64,000 nt of DNA from an uncultured Gemmatimonadales bacterium. Lineage in GTDB: Bacteria > Gemmatimonadota > Gemmatimonadetes > Longimicrobiales > Gaopeijiaceae. The notes below the pieces were generated by a model that was not told the origin of the DNA, did not search any database, and saw nothing but the letters and a program-made list of their open reading frames with translations. The position numbers were made by a program, and so were the translations under genes. Of this stretch, positions 9,768-21,035 are shown one piece after another (positions within the stretch are counted from its first letter, which is position 1; the number at the start of each line of letters is the position of its first letter). The stretch is from contig CAWGKG010000019.1 of NCBI GenBank assembly GCA_963823035.1, positions 64,001-128,000 of the forward strand. Direction: 5' to 3'.

Positions 9768-12748
9768 ATGTCCCAGCCGCTCGACCCTGATCGCTGGGCC
9801 CGGGTGGATGCCCTCTTCGACGAGGCCTCGAGGCGGCCCGCTTCCGAGCGGGCCGCCTTCCTGGCGGAGGCCTGCCAGGGCGACGAGGCTCTCCGCCGCG
9901 AGGTGGAGAGCCTCCTCGCCGCGGCCGACACCGACATGTCGAAGCGCATGGGCGTGGTCGAGCGCGTGGCCGACCGCATCATGACGGAGGTCGAGCCGCC
10001 GGCGCTGGGGCAGCGCTTCGGCGCGTACAAGACGGTGGAGGAGATCGGGCGCGGCGGGATGGGGGTCGTCTACAAGGCCGTGCGCGAGGGCGACGACTTC
10101 CAGCAGACCGTGGCCGTGAAGGTGCTCCCCGGCGCCCTCTTCAACCGGAAGACGATGGCCCGCTTCCGCAACGAGCGGCGGATCCTCGCGGGACTCGAAC
10201 ATCCGAACATCGCCCGCCTCCTCGACGGAGGCACGACGCCGGAGGGTGTGCCGTACGTCATCATCGAGTACGTGGACGGGCTCCCGGTGGATCGGTATTG
10301 CGAGGAGCACGGGCTCGACCTCGAGGCGCGTGTCTGGCTGTTCCTCGCGCTGTGCGACGCCGTCCAGTACGCGCATCGCAACCTCGTGGTGCACCGCGAC
10401 CTGAAGCCGTCCAACATCCTGGTGACGCGCGAGGGCGTTCCCAAACTGCTCGACTTCGGGATCGCGAAGCTGCTCGACCCCGCCGACGAGCTCGCCGTGA
10501 AGGAGACCATGGGGCTCACGGCGAGCCGGCTGATGACGCCGCGCTTCGCGTCGCCGGAGCAACTCACCGGGCAGCGCATCGCGACCCCCTCGGACGTCTA
10601 TTCGCTCGGGGTGGTGCTCTACCGACTGCTCACCGGGCGGCACCCGTACGGCGACGACCTCCCGTCCGGCAGCTCGGTCTCCAGCCACGCCGAGCAGGTG
10701 CGCAGGATGATGGACGGCGAGCCGGACGCCCCCAGCTCCGCCTCGGGCGACAACCGCCTGAGGGGCGACCTGGACGCCATCGTGCTCAAGGCCCTGCGCC
10801 GCGACGTGGCGGAGCGCTACGACTCCGTGCAGGCCCTCGCGGACGACCTACGCCGCTACCTGACCGGGCGGCCGATCGGCGCCCGTGCCGACTCCTGGCG
10901 GTACCGGGCCGCGAAGTTCGTGCGCCGCAACGCTCCTGCCGTGCTCGCCGGCGGCGTGGCCGCGGTGCTCATCCTCGCCGAGGCGGGGGTGTTCATGGGA
11001 CGTGTCGCGAAGGAGCGTGACGTGGCGCGCCAGGAGGCCGCGCGCGCGACGGCGACGCTCTCCTTCCTGACCGACGTCTTTCGAGTCACGGACCCGTTCG
11101 TGTCGAACAGCCTCGGACCTGACGGCGCGGGAGGTTCTCGAGCGCGGCGTCGCCGGGCTGGACGGCCGCTTGGCCACCCAGCCGGAGGTGCGGGCCGAGA
11201 TCCTGAGCACGGTCGGGGTGGCGTACGCGAACCTGGGCGTGGTGGACAGCGCGCGCGCCGTGCTCGAGCGCGGCCTGGCCCTGCGCGACTCCATCTACGC
11301 GCCGGACGCCCTGGAGTTGGCCACCGGGCTGCGGGATCTGGGCGTCATCCTCGTGCTCCAGAACCAGTGGGACCGAGCGGATTCACTGCTGAATCGCGCG
11401 CTGGAGATCCGCCGCGCGAAGCTCCCCGCCAACCACCCGGACATCGCGAGCCTCCTGAACGAACTGGCCGGCATGCAGCAGCAGCGCGGAGAGCTGACCG
11501 AAGCCGAGAAGACGTACCGCGAGGCGCTCGAGATCATGGAGCACCCGAGCGAGCCCCGCGACGCCCTGCGCGCCAGCGTGCTCACGGACCTGGGCAACCT
11601 CCTGCACACGCTGGATCGCCAGGAGGAGGCCGCGCAGATGCTCGAGCGGGCGCTGAGCCTTCGCCGGGAGCTCTACGGCGACCACCACCCCGAGGTCGGA
11701 CAGACGCTGAGCCACCTGGCGCAGGTGAAGGGCTCGATGGGCCGATACGCGGAGGCGGAGGCGATCTACCGGGACATCCTGACGTGGGGACCGCAGGTTC
11801 TGGGTGAGCACCACCACTACATCGCCGATCTGGAACAACAACCTGTCCGCCGTCCTCAAGGACGAGGGCAGGCAGCGTGAGGCGCTCGCGTACCAGCAGA
11901 AGGCGCTCGACATATGGCGCGCCGAGTACGGGGAGATGCACACCCAGGTGGCCATCGGCCTCAACAACCTGGCCAACCTGCAGAGCGATCTCGGGGACTA
12001 CTCGGCGGCCGAGAAGACGCTCCAGGAGGCGTTGCGGATCAACCGCGCGGTCCTCGGTGAGGACAACCCGGAGGTGGCCACGAACCTGAACAACCTCGCC
12101 CACCTCGCCTGGAAGCGCGGCGACTTCACGGGCGCGGTACGCACGCAGACGCAGGTGCTGGAGATGGACCGCACGCTCCTCGGTGCGGAGCACGAGTACG
12201 TCGCCGCCGACCTCACCGCGCTCGGCCGGTACTATCTCGCGGGCGGCCGTCTCGCTCAGGCGGAGAAGCCCCTGCGGGAGGGACTCGCTCTGGCGAGGAA
12301 GGTGCGCGGGGAGGACCATCCCACCACGGCCCGCGCGGCCACGGCGCTGGCCGACTGGCTCGTCGCCGAGGGGCGTGGCGAAGGAGGCGGAGGCGCTCGT
12401 CCGTCCCGCGCTGGAGACGGGTCTGAAGGCCTTCGACGCCGACCACGCCACCGTTGCGCTGTCGCGCTCGGCGCTCGGCGCCGCCCTCACGCTCGAGGGC
12501 GACTACCGGGGCGCGGAGACGCAACTCACGCAGGCGCGGGCCTCCATGGAGAAGAGCCTCCCGGAGGACGACCCGGACCGCGTCCGGAACGGGAAGCGGC
12601 TGGCGACGCTCTACCGGGCGTGGGGGCGCACGGACAAGGCGGTGGGGCTGGGCCCAGGGGAGGCCGCCCGGTGGCCGCGCCGGCGGGGCGTCCAGTCGAA
12701 CGGAGAGGGCGGCCCGTTCCTCGCTTGGCTGCGTTCACACCACACTAG
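9768..12748 (+). CDS. membrane Ser/Thr protein kinase with extracytoplasmic TPR repeats (STK-1); frame-broken, 3' end uncertain (12748 or 12929)
   Basis: IGRGGMGVVY, VAVK, HRDLKPSN, DFG, TPRFASPE; transmembrane segment near 10940-11000. TPR repeats (HPDIASLLNELA, NPEVATNLNNLA) continue across frame changes at about 11110, 11830 and 12377. Confidence 0.88.
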
Positions 12749-12783
12749 CCGGGAGCTTCCGGGACCGGATCATCCACCGTCGG

Positions 12784-12810
12784 TGATCCCGATGAGGCGC
12801 CGATCCGCTA
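12784..12810 (+). promoter_or_regulatory. candidate ECF promoter TGATC-N15-TCCGCTA
   Basis: About 57 nt upstream of the 12868 start; same spacing as the site at 20414-20440. Confidence 0.45.
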
Positions 12811-12867
12811 TGGGAGGGCGAGCAGGCCGTCGACGGCCGCAGCCGAACCCCTGCCCACGGATCGGAG

Positions 12868-14981
12868 ATGAGAGAGGCACGCAGCCGCGCACCGGTCGCG
12901 CACGAGCCCGATGGTCCTGGCCGCCCTGACGTGCGGGACGTGCTCGCGGCGGTGACGCGCCCACGGGGGCCGGAGCCCAGGCGACCCAGCCGATGCGCCT
13001 CGCCGTCGCCACCAACCTCCCGACCGGGGCCGCGGTGGCGCGCGACCTGCCGGTGGAGCTGACGTTCGACCGGCCGCTTCGCCGGCCGGCCGAGCGCGTC
13101 GCGGTCTTCATCGACCGCACGGACGTCACCGGCCTGTTCCGCAGCGGGGCGCGCGGGATGTCGTACGAGCGGGGCGTGGTGCTCCTCCCGCGCGGCGAGC
13201 ACGAGCTGGTGGTCTACCTCGTCGACTCGGCGTCGGGCACGTGGACGGAGGTGGCACGCCAGGAGTTCCAGACGCTCGGCCGCTTGGGCTTTCAGCCCGG
13301 GAAGGTCGACCCGTCCCTCACCGCGGCGTACGCGCGCCGCGTCACCGAGCGCTTCGAGCCGGAGGCGGCGGCGCCCCAGAAGGTCGTGGAGAACGTCGAC
13401 CTCCAGTTCCGGCTCTCGACCGAGCACGTCCGTGAGCGGCTGCGCTCTCCTCGCAGACGCGCTGGTGGGCGCGTCGAAGCAGGAGAAGGCGCTCCGGTAC
13501 CGCGAGCTCGGGGACGACGCGCCGAAGCTCGACCTGTCGAGCTACGTCCTGCAGGCGTCGAACGGGCCGGTGGACGCTCTCCGTGGGGCACGTCTCCGCG
13601 GGGAACCAGCGCCACCTGGTGAACCGCTTCAGCAGCCGTGGCGCGACGCTCGCGGTGCCGCCCCTCGAGCGGGTGGACCTCTCGGTCTCGGCCATGAACG
13701 GCAGCAACGTGGTGGGGTGGGGCAACCCGCTGGGACTCGACGACGGCGGGCACCGGATCGTCACCGGGGCGGTCGGGATCGAGGCGCTGCACACGCCCGG
13801 AGCGCTCCGCCTCGAGCTGACGGCGATGCGCGGCTCGGTGCGCCCGCAGGCCGGCTTCAACCAGGCGGTCATCGACGACGCGGAGCGGAGCCACGGGCTG
13901 GGGATGCGCGTCGCCGCCAACGTCCTGGATCGGCGGCTGCGACTCGACGCCGGGCTCGCGCGCAGCACGTTCGACAACCCGAACGATCCCGCCCTCGCGC
14001 AGGGGCGCGAGCTGGTGGCCGTGGTCGAGGAGACCTCCGGCGCCCGCTACCTGGAGGCGTCGCTCGACGCGCTGCGTGCCGTGCGCCTGGGCGGCAGCGC
14101 GGACGGCGAGCCTGACGGTGGGATACCGTCGCGAGCGCGTGGACCCGCTCTACCGGAGCCTGGGCGCGTACGCCCAGGCCGACCGCTTCCAGCAGCAGGT
14201 CGACGTACGCGCGGACGTCGCCGGCGTGGGCCTCCAGGGCAACCACGGCCGGTCCCGCAACAACCTCGACGACGTCGCGCTCGATCCTGACGACGCGCAC
14301 GGAGCGCTCCCAGGCGAGCGTCTCCCTCCCCCTGGCCCGCGTGCTCGGCGGCCGACATCGCGGTGGCTCCCCGCGCTCCAGTACCGAGCGGACCGCACGC
14401 GGCAGCACGGCGACGCGCTCCCCGAGAACGGCGGATTCAGCGCGTCGCACGTGCCCGACCAGGTCAGCCTGAACCAGACCGCGCAGGCGGACTGGCGGCT
14501 GGGGAAGGTCACGCTCGGCTACGCGTGGAACCGATCCCACCAGGACAACCGGCAGGAGGGGCGGGAGAACGCCGACCTCACGGTGACGCGCAACACCGCG
14601 AACGTGCGGCTGAGCCCGGCGCGGGCGCTCAGCCTCGCGGTCGACCTCGGGCTGGAGGCATCGCACAACCACGAGCGCGACGAGACCGACGAGACCACGC
14701 GCTGGGGCGCGCAGCTCCAGTGGCAGCCCTTCGACCGTAGCAGCCTGAGCGTGCGCTTCTCGGACACGGCGACGGAGGACCTCCTCCTCACCCGGCGGCG
14801 GGCGAACAACCAGGTCGACGCGCAGTGGACGTCGATGCTGCCGTTCCTCGGGCCGATCCAGGGTCAGTACTTCCTGCGCTACACGCGCAGCGAGGCCGAG
14901 ACCTTCAACGCCACCTTCGACCAGGACGACACGCGCACGGCGTGGTGGCTCGACCTGGGGCTGAACTTCACGTTCTTCTAG
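12868..14981 (+). CDS. uncharacterised outer-membrane beta-barrel protein with N-terminal Ig-like domain; several frame breaks
   Basis: Stitched from ORFs 12993, 13432, 13583 and 14076. N-terminal PVELTFDRPL...VAVFIDRTDVT...LPRGEHELVVY; many amphipathic beta-strands; ends WWLDLGLNFTFF (C-terminal Phe beta-signal). Confidence 0.7.
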
Positions 14982-14991
14982 GAACCCGCCG

Positions 14992-16240
14992 ATGCGTGCC
15001 ACCCTCCTCCTGCTCCTCGGGCTCGTCCTCGCGATGCCCGCCTCGGCGCAGATCCGACGGAACCCCACCGGCGTGAACGTGAACGCCGCCGGCGCGACGA
15101 CCGTGTTCATCACCTTCGGCAACCTCGAGGGCTACGTGCCCATCGAGGCGCTGTGGTGCGGAGAGCTGGTTCCCGCCTCGCCGGCGCTGGGCGACAAGTG
15201 CGACCCGGGAACGGTGTTCGGCGCGCTCCCGGTCCGTTTCGACCAAAGCCGCCTCAGCGGCACCGACGGCTTCTCGGACATCATGTCCATCCCGCCGTCC
15301 GTGGCGCGGCGCGCCTACCAGGCCGCCGAGGGGGGGGCCGACTCGCGCTTCTTCTACGTGCGACGCTTCGTGGACCCCGCGGGCATCCGGCCCGACCAGT
15401 ACGTGGCGGTGACCTGCCGGCTCACGGATGGCGGCGCGCGCACGCCGCTGGCGCTCCTGGACGTGCAGCTGCGCTTCGCCGGGGACGACCCCGTGCTGTC
15501 CGTGCCGGCCGGCGCGGCACCTCCGCCGCTCGAGGCGCGCATCGCGTACAACGGCACGGGCCGGCTGGTGGGGCGCTGGGAAGTCGTGCTCCCCGGGGAG
15601 GAGCCGCCCAGCGCCGAGGACCTCCTCACCGAGGCCACGCTTCCGGCCGAGCTTCGCGGCACGCAGAAGCGCTACACGGAGATCGAGCGCTTCAACGTCT
15701 TCCTCCCGCCGACCGGCGAGGTGGTGCTGCCCGGCCCGTCCCCCGACGACTCCCCGTGGACGGTGAACGGCCTGTACCAGATCCTCCTCCGCATCGAGGC
15801 CTCCGACGACAAGGAGGGAGACGTGGACCTCGAGGCGGCGGGCGCGGGCGACGGGATCCTGCCCACGGGGGCCGTGGCCGGGTTCCCGCTTCCCGTGCTG
15901 CGCTACTTCGTCGGCGGCGCGGGCGCCGTCGGCGTCGGCGGGCACCCGGCTGCGCCTTCTCGAGCCCGCGCCCGACGCCGGCGTGCCCGCCGGCGCGCTC
16001 CTCGTCTTCAGCTGGAGCCAGACGGCGTCCGCCGTGCTCTACCGGCTCCAGGTGCGCGGCGCCGACGGAGAGGAGGTCCTCTCCGCCGTGCTCCAGGCGG
16101 GCGTGGCGTCGTACGCGGCACCCCCCTTCCTCGCCACCGACCACGCGGGCGAGATACTGGAGTGGCGCGTCCTCTCCCTGGACGGAGGAGGGGACGAGGT
16201 GGAGCGGACGCCGTGGCGGCGGTTGCGGGTGGAAGGCTGA
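14992..16240 (+). CDS. exported hypothetical protein with Cys pair and C-terminal Ig/FN3-like domain; frame break near 15945
   Basis: Signal peptide MRATLLLLLGLVLAMPASAQ; motifs EALWCGEL...KCDP, FSDIMSIPPSVARRAYQAA, FFYVRRF, GAVAGFPLPVLRYFVG; continues in ORF 15983-16240 (FSWSQ...YRLQV...WRV). Confidence 0.75.
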
Positions 16241-16297
16241 GCGATCCTGTGGTCCATTCCTCGAACCCGTCGAGACGCACGGGAAGGTGGCGGACAC

Positions 16298-17706
16298 ATG
16301 AAGATCCGGACATCGGTATGGTGGCTCTCCTCACGGCTTGTCGTGCGTCGCGACCGCTCCCCTGGCGGCCCAGCGCGGCCCCGATCTCGATGCGGTGGTG
16401 CGCGACATGCTCAAGGCGCGAACGGACGCGGGCACGGCAGCGCGTACGCTGCTCTCGACGCATCGCCAGACCGCGGAGGCCACCGTCGGCCTCCTGGTCC
16501 GCAACGGGTATCGGGCCACCGACGTGGCGCGCGCCTCCGTGGCGGTCATGCGCATGGACGGCGCCGCGGCGACGCGGGCGCTCAGGAGCTCGGGGGTGAC
16601 GGCGCGCGACGCGGCCGAGGTCGCCGTGCGCGCGCTGGCCCTGGCGCCGCTGGAGGCCGTCGCGGCGCTCAAGGGCGCGGGCTACCCGCCGCAGGACGTG
16701 AAGGACGCCTCGACGGCGAAGGCGTGCTGGTCGACCTCGGCTGCATCGACCGGCAGGGCTACCCCGCACCGTGCGGCAACCCGGGCGGCGCGGCCGCGCA
16801 CGCGATGGGCGCGGTCACGCTCAAGCCGCCGACCAGGGATGGACGGACTCGATCCTCACGATCGAGAGCACGAACATCCCGCAGGTCGCGATCCTGCTGG
16901 ACGGCCAGACCCTCCAGGGCGTGGATGCGACCTCCTTCCGGGTACGCGTCCGGCTTCCGTCGTCGCCGAAGACCGGCCCGCTGGTCATGCGCCGCGTCTC
17001 CGACGGCGTCGAGGGCGTCCTGTCCGAGTCGTTCGCCGTGGTCGCGCCGCCCGCGCAGCCCGGGCCGGGACTGGATTGGCTGACCGTCGGCACCGAAGCC
17101 GCAGCGGCGGCCGTCGAGGACATCCAGGCATGGATCCTCGGCGCCGAGCTCGTCGAGGACCATTGCTCGGTCAACGCGGGGGTGGCGCTGGGGACCGCGG
17201 GCGTGCTGCGCAGCTCCACCGGCCTGGAGGGGCGCGTCCGCACCCGCCTGGAAGAGATGGGCGCCACCCACGCCGTCGCGAACGCCTTCGACAGGGCGCT
17301 GCGCGAGGCCTGGGACGCCTGGGCGTCGCACGTGCTCATCCCGGGCGTTCCCGTCTTCCCCGCGCTGGCCGCATGGCCCGGCGCAGAGGCGCCGCCGACG
17401 CCAGGGGTTCCCCTCCCGCTCGTCATGCTCGTGTCGAGTGAGAGCCAGGGCCTCACGCCCCCGGCGCTGTCGGCGGCCGTTCGGGCGCGACTCGGCGATG
17501 CCGGCGGGTCGGCGGCGGCCCAGGAGGGAGTGAGCGCGTTCGCGAGCCAGATCGGCGCGCGCTTCGCGGCGTGGATCGCGACGGCGCAGGCGCTCAACCT
17601 CGCGGGCTGGGGCCCGGTGCCCAGCTACGGGCCGAGCGTGCCCGCGGGCCCGGTGGTGGACGGGAGCTGCGCCGGGAAGCTCGTCCTGGCGCACACCCAC
17701 TTCTGA
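16298..17706 (+). CDS. exported multidomain hypothetical protein (helical repeats, IPT/TIG-like domain, Pro-rich C-terminal domain); frame-broken
   Basis: Stitched from ORFs 16298, 16338 and 16771 with breaks near 16335, 16710 and 16830; signal peptide ending APLAAQ; stop at 17706. Confidence 0.65.
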
Positions 17707-17732
17707 GGGGCGCGGGGGCGGGAGCGAGCCGC

Positions 17733-20355
17733 CTACGCTGCCCCGCCCTCGGCGGCCAGGGCGCGCCAGCGGGCGGCTTCCGCGGCGTCGGCGACCCCCT
17801 CGTAGAAGGTGGCGAGGCTCCGGGCCGCGTCGCGCGGGCCACGCCGCCGTCGCCCACCGTGCCGGCGTCCTCGTACACCGAGAGGAGGAGCTCTTCGGCC
17901 TCGTCGCGGCGGCCCTGGTCCGCCAGGCTCAGGCCCAGACCCGCCCTTCACCGCGAGCACGCGCGGGTGTGCCGGCGGGAAGGTCTTGCCGAGGATGCCG
18001 AGCGCCTCGCGGTACATCCGCTCCGCGGCCTCGGGCTCGCCCTGGCGCCGGCGCACGTCGGCGGCGCCCCCGAGCGTGATGCCGGTTCCGGGACTGCCCG
18101 GTCCCTCGCCACGCGGCTCACCTCGACGGCCTCGTCGACGAGCGCGCGGGCACGCTCCAGCTCCCCCCATCGCATCAGGACGTGCCGTAGTCGTAGAGGG
18201 CGATGGCGAGGTCCGGGTGATCCGTCCCCGCCACCCGGCGCGTGAAGGCGACGGACGCGCGGAAGAGGGAGTCGGCCTCCGCGGGGCGCCCCGTGGCGTC
18301 GAGCACGAGGGCGAGGTTCTTCATCGTTGGCCCGAGGTTCGGATGGTCGGGCCCCAGCGCCATCTCGAGGCCCCGGAGCGCGTCGCGCAGATGGGGCTCG
18401 GCCTCTGCGTCACGGCCGCGTCGGTGGAGCGCGAGGCCGAGGTTCTGGGCGAGGACCGCGGTGGTGGGGTTGTCGGGCCCGAGCGTCCGCCGGCTCAGGT
18501 CGAGGGCCCGCCCCATCGTGACGATCGCGGAGTCGACCTCGTTGCGCCGGTACTGGAGGACCGCGAGGAGGTTGAGGTTCTCGATCGTCTTCGCCGCAGC
18601 GGCCGCCCGGTGTCCGCGCGCGCCGCGATCCCGGCGCGCAGCGTCGCCTCCGCTTCATCGAGACGCTCGAGCGTGATGAGCACGGCGGCGAGCTGGATGC
18701 GGATATCGCCCGCCTCGGGGGAGGTGGGCCCGAAGCGGGCGTCGGCGATCTCGAGCGCCTCGCGGTAGTACGGCTCGGCCGCGGCCGCGTCACCCGCGGA
18801 ATGGACGACACGCCCCAGGTCCCGAAGGGCGACGGACACCTCGGGCGCGTGCTCGGCCCCGAGCTCGCGGTAGCCCGCCACGGCGGCCTCGAGGAGGGTG
18901 CGTGAGCGGTCGTAGGCGCCCAGCGCCTCGTTGACGGAGCCGAGAACACGCTGCATGCGCGCGCGTGCCTCCGGCTGGTCCGGCGAGGTCGGTGTCGAGG
19001 CGCTCGACGGCCTGGTCGAGGAACGAGCGCACGGGAGCGTGTCCCGCCGCTCCCCGAGCGGTCGAAGGGGTTGGACGAGGTGAAGATGTTCTCGAGGAAC
19101 CCGCTCACCGATTCGGCGAGGTCCCGTTCCTCGCGCGCCACCCGCGCTTGATGCAGGGCGACCCCCAGCCCACCGACCAGGCCGAGGAGGGCGGCCGCGG
19201 CCGCCCCGACCGCCAACCGGTTGCGGGCCACGAGCTTGCGCGCCCGATAGGGCCAGGAAGGAGAGCGTGCCAGGATCGGCTTTCCGGTCCGGTAGCGCAC
19301 CAGGTCGTCGAGCAGGGCGGACGCGGTGGGGTATCGTTCGGCCGCCACCGGCCGGAGCGCCCGTAGGACGATCGTGTCCAGCTCGCCGCGGAGCTGGCGG
19401 CGGAGCCGGCCGGGCGTGGTGCCGCGTGCGCGCGCCGCCTCCTCCGTTTCGCGCAGCGTGGAGGGCGACGTCGGGTCGCCCCCTTCGGGCCGTCGACCCA
19501 CCAGGAGCTGGTGGAGCACGACGCCGAGGGAATAGACGTCCGAGGCCGTGGTGAGCGGCTCGCCGCTCGCTGCTCGGGAGACGCGTACTCTGGCGTGAGG
19601 AGGTGCTGGTCGGCGCGTGTGAGCGGCTCGTCGTCGTAGGTGCCGTCGTCGGTGGCGTCGAGCAGCTTCGCGATCCCGAAGTCGAGGAGCTTCACCTCCC
19701 CGTCCTCGGTGACGAGGACGTTGGACGGCTTGAGGTCCCGATGGATGACGAGGTTGCGGTGCGCGTACTCGACGGCGCTCACCACCTGCTCGAAGAGGGC
19801 AAGTCGCTCGCCGACGGGCAGGCGCAGCCGGTCGCAGTAGCGGTGGATCGGCTCGCCGCGCACCAGCTCCATGGCGAGCCAGGAGCGACCGTCCGCGGCG
19901 ACCCCCGCCTCGTAGAGACGGGCGATGCCGGAGTGCTCCAGCGCAGCCAGGATCTGCCGCTCCCGACGGAAGCGGCGCGCCACCTCGCCGGCGTCGCCTG
20001 CCGGCTGGACCAGCTTGAGCGCTACCTCGCGCGTGTACTGTCCGTCGTCGCGTCGCGCCCGATGCACGACGCCCATCCCGCCGCGCCCGAGCTCCTCCAG
20101 GATGACGTAGGGGCCGGCGTGCTCGGGCGGGCGGGGGCCGGCCTCGCCCTCGTCCTCATCCAGGAGGAGAAGCAGGTCGTCGAGCGTCGCGTCGAGGAGG
20201 TCGCCTTCGCCGGTGGCGAGCAGGCTCTCGACCTCGTCGCGCAGGTCCGGATCGGTCGCGCACGCCGCGTCCAGCCACGCGAGGCGCTCCTCCGGCGGTC
20301 GCGTGAGCGCCGCGAGATACACGTCCTGGATCTCTTGCCAGCGCAGCGGCTCCAT
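17733..20355 (-). CDS. membrane Ser/Thr protein kinase with TPR repeats (STK-2); multiple frame breaks
   Basis: MEPLRWQEIQDVY...LGRGGMGVV, VALK, HRDLKPSN, DFG, TPEYASPE. The transmembrane segment and TPRs (GPDHPNLGPTMKNLA, DHPDLAIALYDYG) lie in adjacent frames. GGAGG RBS. Confidence 0.85.
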
Positions 20356-20413
20356 CGGCGCCCTCACCTCCTCCACGTACGGTCGATCGGTGCGACTTCT
20401 CCCCCGGAGGCAC

Positions 20414-20440
20414 TAGCCGAAGCGCCCAGCGCGGAGATCA
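20414..20440 (-). promoter_or_regulatory. candidate ECF promoter TGATC-N15-TCGGCTA overlapping the ECF-2 stop codon, upstream of STK-2
   Basis: Minus strand reads TGATC TCCGCGCTGGGCGCT TCGGCTA, about 58 nt upstream of the STK-2 ATG. Confidence 0.45.
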
Positions 20441-21028
20441 GCCGGTGGCCAGCTCCCTGGCGAGGAACGCGCGCGCGGCGCTCCAGTCGCGCTTGATGGT
20501 GGGCTCCGAGACGTCGAGGGCCCGGGCCGTCTCCTCCACGGAGAGGCCGGCGAAGAAACGACACTCCACCACGCGGGCCTGGCGCGCGTTGAGGCGCTCG
20601 AGACCGCCGAGCGCGGCGTCCAGGGCCAGGATCCGCTCCGGTTCGACCCGACCGGCGCCCTCGCCCTCGACGCGATGCAAGGGGTCGTCGAGTGGCACGT
20701 GTGTCTTGTCCCCCCCGCGCTTGGCGGTGGCACGCCGCTCGGCGGCTCGAACGAGCACCTGGCGCATCGCGCGCGCCGCCACGGCCATGAAGTGCGAGCG
20801 TCCCTCCCATGCGAGATCGCGCGAGGGAAGGAGGCGCAAGTACGCCTCGTGCACCAGGGCCGTGGTGTTCAGGGTCTCGGAGGCGCGACCCCGCCGCACC
20901 TGGCGCGCCAGGCGGCGCAGCTCGTCGTAGACGACCTGGAAGACGCGATCGAAGGCCTCCGCGTCACCCCCGGATGCGGACGCGAGGAGGTGCGTGATCT
21001 CCGGGCGCTCCGGGGCGCTGCTCGCCAT
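20438..21028 (-). CDS. ECF sigma factor, TIGR02999 / kinase-associated type (ECF-2)
   Basis: EITHLLASASGGDAEAFDRVFQVVYDELRRLA...ETLNTTALVHEAY...VECRFFAGLSVEETA...SEPTIKRDWSAARAFL. Confidence 0.93.
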   Translation of the reverse strand: MASSAPERPEITHLLASASGGDAEAFDRVFQVVYDELRRLARQVRRGRASETLNTTALVHEAYLRLLPSRDLAWEGRSHFMAVAARAMRQVLVRAAERRATAKRGGDKTHVPLDDPLHRVEGEGAGRVEPERILALDAALGGLERLNARQARVVECRFFAGLSVEETARALDVSEPTIKRDWSAARAFLARELATG

Positions 21029-21035
21029 GCTCCGT

